NCBI GenBank assembly: GCA_047495785.1
Contig: JBLDXI010000136.1
Span: forward strand, 1-18,845
From: Lepidodermella squamata
Lineage: Eukaryota; Animalia; Gastrotricha
Direction: 5' to 3'
DNA length: 18,845 bases
Shown: piece by piece, positions 8,219 through 16,200 of the stretch
Position numbering within the stretch: the stretch's first letter is position 1
How the letters are laid out: each line of letters begins with the position of its first letter
The notes under the pieces: model-generated
Told to the model about the DNA's origin: nothing
What the model saw: the letters and a program-made list of their open reading frames with translations, nothing else
The model's database searches: none
Position numbers and translations under genes: made by a program

Positions 8219-10888
8219 ATGCGTTCGTCGAACATGTCTCGAGGTAACGCATGGTTCATAGCTAATTGTTCAACGGGTCATTTCTGCAAGCAATTCTTGC
8301 GATTACTTCTATTCATTTGTATCACCGAGTCGGTAAGATCAGGCAGCAACCACGGCGGCAAATCTGTTGCTTCTGCGCCACCCTTATTTTCCGGCGTCAA
8401 TAATCAAGCTCAGCCGACAAAGCGAAGCAAAGGGGCTGGTAAGTATAATTTTAATATTTTCTGCGGCAAGTGTGAAGTTTTGCTAAGAAAAACTATTAAT
8501 CGCTAAATCAGTTGGAGAAAAGCCTACCGTGATCCTAAAAGCACTCAGCCTACAACCAGCTGTAGAAGGTATTACAACCATCCCTTCTGCCACTTTGACG
8601 CATTCCTATGGCACCATGACCTCTTTATTTACCTTTATTTCGTGATTCGGGGATGCTTTAATGTTAACTTTCAACTTTACCCTATTTGTTTTAATTTTAA
8701 TATCAACCAACTATCTATATAGACAATGGGGAGTTCGCGGGGCAATATTCAGCTGAATACTCCCTCTATCAACGATTGCTGGGGTCGAGCCGTTACCAAA
8801 AGCACGTTCGGCCGGTTCGTGATCACCACCAGCCGATCAAAGTCAAGGCAAGTAACCTAATATATGCCCATATATGCCAATTATTCCATAATTTCTCAGG
8901 TGGGTATGTGCGTTATGATGATCGAAGAAATCGTAAGTAATCCCAGCAATTATATTGCCGAATGTCTTATCAATGAACTTTCAAGATTGAGCGAGATCAA
9001 ATCATGACAATGGCAGCATGCATCAAAATGGTAAGTTGAATAGGATTAACTTAACAATTAAATCTCATTATTTCTTATTTTTTAATAGAAATGGACAGGT
9101 ATGATTTTTAAAAGCTTCATCGAAGGAACCGACTAACCATATCAACTTATAGACGACTTTTTAGTTTGGAAACCAGAGGTATGTCTTGATGCCGGGTTGA
9201 AATCTAGGTCATTTTTCTAATTTCCAGAGCTATGACAATCTAACATGGCTAGCAATATCCTCCGCCAACATTTGGCTACCTGATATAGCTATCATAAACT
9301 CACCCGAGCCGTACGAGCTAACGAGAAAATCCACAAATGTCGATGTCGACTATCACGGCGAGGTTGGATTCTTCCCGTCAGGACGCCTCGCCACCCGATG
9401 CAACCTTCAGATTACTTACTTCCCATTCGATTGGCAACATTGCGAAGTCAGACTTGAATCATGGATATACCCTACCCAATACCTTGAGATCGAAATGTAC
9501 CCTGATGATACTGTAGACCTTAAGGAGTACTACACGAATCATCAGTGGGCAGTCGCGGGGTATCGTGTTCTGCCGGAAGTTGCCGACTACGACGGCAAAA
9601 ACTTCTCTTCAATAACTTTCACATTCATACTTCGAAGAAAATCTGAGTAAGAAAGTTTCTGTAAAATGCTCTCCATATTTTACCAACTATTCATCCAGGT
9701 ATTACTTCATGTACTTCATCTTCCCTCAACTCCTATTAGCGCTGCTGCAAACTCTTTCCCATACGCTACCAGTCGAACACCCGGGTCGAATGGCTATGCT
9801 GACTAGTCTTTTCATCGGCACATCTGTGACACAAGCCGGTGTCGCTGTACATATTCCTAAGGTAAAGATGCTTTTCACATCTTAAAGACTCCTCTACTTT
9901 GTCTTTATTTTAGTCATCTGATTCGATGTCACTGTTGCAAATATACATGACAATAATGAGTATCAACCTGGTGCTCGCTCTCATTGTCACTTTTGTGATG
10001 ATGTACGCCGTCCTCAGATACCCGAATGAGGAGCCTTCTTTCATAGCCATGATGGTAGCTTTCTTCAGTATAGTCTGGCCCAATGAAAACGAAAAGCAGC
10101 GTGGCCTCCCAGTGGTGCCGGTTTTCCACAGGCGTCAGAGCATGGCGGCTAGACGTGGGTCCTCTCCCTACGTTGTGGTCGACGATGTACAAGGCTCGGC
10201 CTGGAAAAAGGGTTCAAAATCACCAGGCAGAGAGCGCGATGCAGAGAGCTCAAGATTTACGTCAGCCAGCCGGGATGCTTCTCAAAACGATGATAGGCAA
10301 CGTCGGAATCGGCAAAGAGGCGGCCAGAAAGGAAACGCTGATCGACCTGTTCAAATGAGCGAACGTGACATGATGAGTTTGAAAAGAGGACAGCAGCGCC
10401 CGAACCATGTTACAACCCCTCAAGGAAATAGAAGGGGCGACTCAATAAAACGGCTCACGTTCGCAGGGGATGACAGTGATGAAGAGGACTACGCTACCGC
10501 GACCCTTCCGAATTCGAACCGATCAAAGCATCATCCTTACTCTAACGGAACTATTCCTGGTCATCGAGGAGAAATGACCCTGAGCTTGCGATCACCCTTT
10601 ACGAATAGACGAACTGCTCCTAATACGGCAGACTCTTCGCCAGATATCACTGGCATGGGTTGCGACTTCTCACCCATGAATCCTAACGTTCTTTCGCCAA
10701 TGAATACTCCTTCCATGGTTGAGAATGGAACCCTTCGAGGTTCGGCCATGCGAGCCACCAAGTCCGCTGTAAAAACTGATAACCCGTTGATCCCTAGAAG
10801 AGGCTTGCAACGAACAAAGTCCGCGCGGGGCGAGGCAGCCTCGGCCGATGATACTCGAGAATTGAAGCGGAGATGGCTGCCGTATTAG
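8219..10888 (+). CDS. Cys-loop pentameric ligand-gated ion channel subunit, nAChR-like non-alpha, truncated before M4. Exons 8219-8438, 8512-8568, 8723-8847, 8900-8932, 8986-9030, 9089-9098, 9153-9178, 9228-9646, 9699-9861, 9914-10888 (~690 aa)
   Basis: Manual splicing gives AEYSLYQRLLGSSRYQKHVRPVRDHHQPIKVK-VGMCVMMIEEI-IERDQIMTMAACIKM-KWTDDFLVWKPE-SYDNLTWL..IWLPDIAIINS..., Cys-loop CNLQITYFPFDWQHC (C-x13-C, 9399-9443), ESWIY, NHQW, FILRRK, M1 YYFMYFIFPQLLLALLQTLSHTLP, M2 RMAMLTSLFIGTSVTQAGVAVHIP, M3 LLQIYMTIMSINLVLALIVTFVMMYAV. All intron phases are consistent. Exons 1-2 and the start codon (8219 vs 8234) are less certain than exons 3-10. Confidence 0.92.
8848..8899 (+). other. Non-canonical GC-AG intron (52 nt) in the channel gene; mirror at 12609-12660
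   Basis: AAG|gcaagt...ttctcag|GTG. This donor keeps the frame through the beta1-beta2 region; the nearby GT at 8852 does not. Confidence 0.85.
10632..10876. other. Unique 245-bp spacer (loop) of the palindrome; coding sequence of the channel M3-M4 loop on the + strand
   Basis: Complementarity breaks at 10632(a)/10876(g). The + reading frame stays open through the whole spacer. Confidence 0.95.
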
Positions 10889-13289
10889 GAGCAGTTCGTC
10901 TATTCGTAAAGGGTGATCGCAAGCTCAGGGTCATTTCTCCTCGATGACCAGGAATAGTTCCGTTAGAGTAAGGATGATGCTTTGATCGGTTCGAATTCGG
11001 AAGGGTCGCGGTAGCGTAGTCCTCTTCATCACTGTCATCCCCTGCGAACGTGAGCCGTTTTATTGAGTCGCCCCTTCTATTTCCTTGAGGGGTTGTAACA
11101 TGGTTCGGGCGCTGCTGTCCTCTTTTCAAACTCATCATGTCACGTTCGCTCATTTGAACAGGTCGATCAGCGTTTCCTTTCTGGCCGCCTCTTTGCCGAT
11201 TCCGACGTTGCCTATCATCGTTTTGAGAAGCATCCCGGCTGGCTGACGTAAATCTTGAGCTCTCTGCATCGCGCTCTCTGCCTGGTGATTTTGAACCCTT
11301 TTTCCAGGCCGAGCCTTGTACATCGTCGACCACAACGTAGGGAGAGGACCCACGTCTAGCCGCCATGCTCTGACGCCTGTGGAAAACCGGCACCACTGGG
11401 AGGCCACGCTGCTTTTCGTTTTCATTGGGCCAGACTATACTGAAGAAAGCTACCATCATGGCTATGAAAGAAGGCTCCTCATTCGGGTATCTGAGGACGG
11501 CGTACATCATCACAAAAGTGACAATGAGAGCGAGCACCAGGTTGATACTCATTATTGTCATGTATATTTGCAACAGTGACATCGAATCAGATGACTAAAA
11601 TAAAGACAAAGTAGAGGAGTCTTTAAGATGTGAAAAGCATCTTTACCTTAGGAATATGTACAGCGACACCGGCTTGTGTCACAGATGTGCCGATGAAAAG
11701 ACTAGTCAGCATAGCCATTCGACCCGGGTGTTCGACTGGTAGCGTATGGGAAAGAGTTTGCAGCAGCGCTAATAGGAGTTGAGGGAAGATGAAGTACATG
11801 AAGTAATACCTGGATGAATAGTTGGTAAAATATGGAGAGCATTTTACAGAAACTTTCTTACTCAGATTTTCTTCGAAGTATGAATGTGAAAGTTATTGAA
11901 GAGAAGTTTTTGCCGTCGTAGTCGGCAACTTCCGGCAGAACACGATACCCCGCGACTGCCCACTGATGATTCGTGTAGTACTCCTTAAGGTCTACAGTAT
12001 CATCAGGGTACATTTCGATCTCAAGGTATTGGGTAGGGTATATCCATGATTCAAGTCTGACTTCGCAATGTTGCCAATCGAATGGGAAGTAAGTAATCTG
12101 AAGGTTGCATCGGGTGGCGAGGCGTCCTGACGGGAAGAATCCAACCTCGCCGTGATAGTCGACATCGACATTTGTGGATTTTCTCGTTAGCTCGTACGGC
12201 TCGGGTGAGTTTATGATAGCTATATCAGGTAGCCAAATGTTGGCGGAGGATATTGCTAGCCATGTTAGATTGTCATAGCTCTGGAAATTAGAAAAATGAC
12301 CTAGATTTCAACCCGGCATCAAGACATACCTCTGGTTTCCAAACTAAAAAGTCGTCTATAAGTTGATATGGTTAGTCGGTTCCTTCGATGAAGCTTTTAA
12401 AAATCATACCTGTCCATTTCTATTAAAAAATAAGAAATAATGAGATTTAATTGTTAAGTTAATCCTATTCAACTTACCATTTTGATGCATGCTGCCATTG
12501 TCATGATTTGATCTCGCTCAATCTTGAAAGTTCATTGATAAGACATTCGGCAATATAATTGCTGGGATTACTTACGATTTCTTCGATCATCATAACGCAC
12601 ATACCCACCTGAGAAATTATGGAATAATTGGCATATATGGGCATATATTAGGTTACTTGCCTTGACTTTGATCGGCTGGTGGTGATCACGAACCGGCCGA
12701 ACGTGCTTTTGGTAACGGCTCGACCCCAGCAATCGTTGATAGAGGGAGTATTCAGCTGAATATTGCCCCGCGAACTCCCCATTGTCTATATAGATAGTTG
12801 GTTGATATTAAAATTAAAACAAATAGGGTAAAGTTGAAAGTTAACATTAAAGCATCCCCGAATCACGAAATAAAGGTAAATAAAGAGGTCATGGTGCCAT
12901 AGGAATGCGTCAAAGTGGCAGAAGGGATGGTTGTAATACCTTCTACAGCTGGTTGTAGGCTGAGTGCTTTTAGGATCACGGTAGGCTTTTCTCCAACTGA
13001 TTTAGCGATTAATAGTTTTTCTTAGCAAAACTTCACACTTGCCGCAGAAAATATTAAAATTATACTTACCAGCCCCTTTGCTTCGCTTTGTCGGCTGAGC
13101 TTGATTATTGACGCCGGAAAATAAGGGTGGCGCAGAAGCAACAGATTTGCCGCCGTGGTTGCTGCCTGATCTTACCGACTCGGTGATACAAATGAATAGA
13201 AGTAATCGCAAGAATTGCTTGCAGAAATGACCCGTTGAACAATTAGCTATGAACCATGCGTTACCTCGAGACATGTTCGACGAACGCAT
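10794..13289 (-). pseudogene. Mirror copy of the Cys-loop channel gene, more severely 3'-truncated (~632 aa). Exons 13289-13070, 12996-12940, 12785-12661, 12608-12576, 12522-12478, 12419-12410, 12355-12330, 12280-11862, 11809-11647, 11594-10794
   Basis: Identical to the + copy up to ...RRTAPNTA, then reads the spacer antisense (AISASILEYHRPRLPRPARTLFVASLF*). No MA helix or M4. Confidence 0.85.
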
Positions 13290-16200
13290 CCAGCTCAATT
13301 ATTCCGGTTCCATGAGCAAAACATCCATCTTTTTAGCCATTCAAACGTAAATATTTCTATAAATAGGAAAGAAAGTCGGCGAAAATTGTTTAGTATATAG
13401 CCGTAACTGTCCTATTGAAAGATAACAACTCGTTCAAAATTGGCTTTCGCTTTTGACAATTAAATAAGCATTGATCAATCGTGCCCATAGGGCTACCCGA
13501 TAAGCGCAAATATTTTGAAGCAAGGCGTGAAGTGCGTGACTTTATTCGCTGGTACTACAACCAAAGTGTCAGAATAACTAAACAATTTAGTATCGGCTTT
13601 TATCTCGGGGTGCTGAAAATAAGCGGAGGTTGTAAGAAATTCATGAGTATGCAAATAACATATGTCAGGTGAGAAATAATATTTAAACACCCCGAATTAT
13701 TTCATAGAGGTGCTATAAGGCCGAATTGAGTGCTACCAAGCCATCTGAATACTGCACGTCCAGCTCTCGGAAGCAACGATAAGCTTGAGTGCCCACGAAA
13801 CTAGCCAAGTTTTTTTATACAATGAAGTGCAGAGCAACGCATTCCAAACATGTTCTACGCGCATGATACGAATACGAGAGATCGCTATGCAATATTCAGG
13901 TCATGATTTGTTGAAATCGCATGAAATCACATACGCGCATTTCAGGACTGTGTCGCGCGCATTAGAGGGCGGCCACTCTCCGCTAAAAGTGCTCTGCTGC
14001 TCTTTTTACGCATGGCCAATGGTTGTAAAACATTAATCAGAGGCACAAGTTAATAATACATAGAATATGGCAGAATGCAAGTCTGAAATCGAAAATCACA
14101 CGTGCGTGTCAAATATAAACAAATACAAACATAACGGTGTTTTCGTAATCGACTTGGCTGGGTCGCGAATTGCGACGATGTTAAAAATGTAATATTGACC
14201 CACTGCAAACACTCACTGCCTCGCTGCCTTGGAATCTTTACACGGATTCCATCTTAATTAGGCCAAAAAATTTAACTTAATGTTTGACTAAGGACTAAGG
14301 AGAACTCAGCAAATTATTGCAGAAAAGAAAAAAAGAAGTAAAAAATCTCAAGTTAGATAAAGATTCGGTTAAATCATCCCTGGTGAAAATTTCGATTACA
14401 AAAAACGCAAAATTAAGTTATTTAAGGAGATTTTCGGGTTCTCGGATTAGCGCATAATAGAGCACTTTTTGAGACCCCCATTTACGGCTTATCTGAGTTT
14501 TTGCTCGAATACGTCCGTGTACAGAATGCAAAGTGCGTAACTTTACAATGTGATAGCTATAATAAGACATTTTTCATGTATTTTTTGTCAAATATCGAAC
14601 CGTATAGGTACTACACGGCCGGTGGCCGCACCGGCAGACACTCAGGCCTAGTGGGCAGCTACGGGGCCCTCGAAGTGCCCTCAAGTGTCAGAACCCTGCC
14701 TAAAAGTCGTTTGAACTGTTTTAGGAAAAAAGCATATCGGAAAAAATCAAAAACTGGCCAAAACTGAAATACGTGTCCCAGTCTAACAGCCAAACCAGTT
14801 ATAGCTTGGGCAAACTACGTCAAAATGTGTTGTAATGGCTGAAGGCTGACTTTCGCGATGTCATAAAAAAAAAGCAAATCAATCGGCTAGCGGACGCCCC
14901 TGATTTGTTTAGGCTACCATTCCCGCCGCCTGCGCATTACAAATTTACAGCCTCCAAGCATACTAGAACGCGGCGCGTTTCAATAGTCGTCGACACGGCC
15001 CGCGCGTCCGCCGCTGCGATCTGAAGTTCGATGCGTGATCGGACATGGCGACATATAGCCAATCTCGACCAGTTAAACGCAGAATAGCCGCCATGTTTTA
15101 GTAAGATTTAAATTTTGCTTTAATGGAGTAATATTTAAACCGACCAAGTACTGAACGACCATGTGGTTATATGGGGAGTACACGGCCCGATGTCATCTAG
15201 TTTCTCGTTCATCCCATTATTCAATTTGCCTCTCCGGAGATTGTTTCTCGATCTTTGTCTCGTTGCGCATTAATCGCGCATGAGCGACGTTTACTTAAAA
15301 AAAAAATAAGTCGCCCTGCGCAAAAAATTTCGTCGATCGCGGCGCAGTATAGAATGATGATCTGATAAATAGGCCGTGCGGTTCGGTTTAACGTAATTCA
15401 GATAATTGTAAAAGTTGCGCTCTTTTTCGAGTCGAAGACGACGGTTTATTTTCGCAATTCACGGGCCTCATACCAATAATAGTCACCAAAGCGCCCCCGT
15501 GTCTTGCGTCACGAGTTCATAGCCGCGTCCGCCAAAAAACACACGCACTAGTAATTGTATCCAATGAAACGAAATTAAATTGAAATATATTGTGATAAAC
15601 AGTGTGCTCGGTGCTAATAGCCAATGATGTCCGGGGAATCATGTCCCTTAGGGTCAATATCTCAAGCTGAACGTTGAAACCCTGGGAGATGATTATTGCG
15701 CGGAATATAGTATTTTCATACTAAGGCTATAAGGTAAGAGCTATTAGGTAAAATTATCAATTTTCACAGTTTGCAGTAATTAAGTAATTAAGATTTGTAC
15801 TGGAAAAAATTACCGCACGATATATCAATAATTATGACCTCGCGCGTCTCTAGAGAATAAGGTCTTTCAGAAACGCCGGTATATATATATATATGTACTA
15901 CTAGACGGTGTCCTCACTGCATTCGGGTCATAAGTACTTGTAAGAGATATAATTGAGACGTCAGTTTTTTGCATCCATGTAAAACATACATGTCGCAAAT
16001 TCAAATTAAAGTGCTGGACAAAAAAGCTTTCAATGCAATAAAGAAAAATCTAATTACATGAGCGATGGCACAAGTGAATAGTAGCACGCATTGGTTCTTG
16101 GGCCGATAGGCGAGGAGGAGTAGTTGAGAAATAGTTAAATAATATAATCAAAAACCCACTTCACTTTATCTCATTGCGCGCTCAGTGCGGGCGACCGTGT

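Larger units (their letters stand above)
2663..10631. repeat. Left arm of giant inverted repeat (at least 7,969 bp)
   Basis: ORFs lying within the arm have identical mirror ORFs with coordinates summing to 21508 (e.g. 4062..5219- / 16289..17446+; 8210..8506+ / 13002..13298-). The window end ...gacagctggaattcc is the reverse complement of 2663 onward. Spot checks of the (AT)n tract and a T10 homopolymer match exactly. Confidence 0.99.

Noticed and set aside
8852-8857. Canonical GT donor (gtaacc) 4 nt downstream of the GC donor
   Set aside because: It shifts the frame, giving non-homologous sequence and a TGA at the start of the exon at 8986.
10666-10712. Short tandem motif in the spacer (SPMNP / SPMNTP)
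   Set aside because: Two degenerate copies within a disordered cytoplasmic loop; at most proline-directed phosphorylation sites, and not linked to the fold-back point.
9926-10888. 320-aa ORF (and its 262-aa mirror 10794..11582) as a standalone novel membrane protein
   Set aside because: It is the last exon (M3 plus intracellular loop) of the Cys-loop channel. An acceptor ttttag| at 9913 joins it in frame to the M2 exon.
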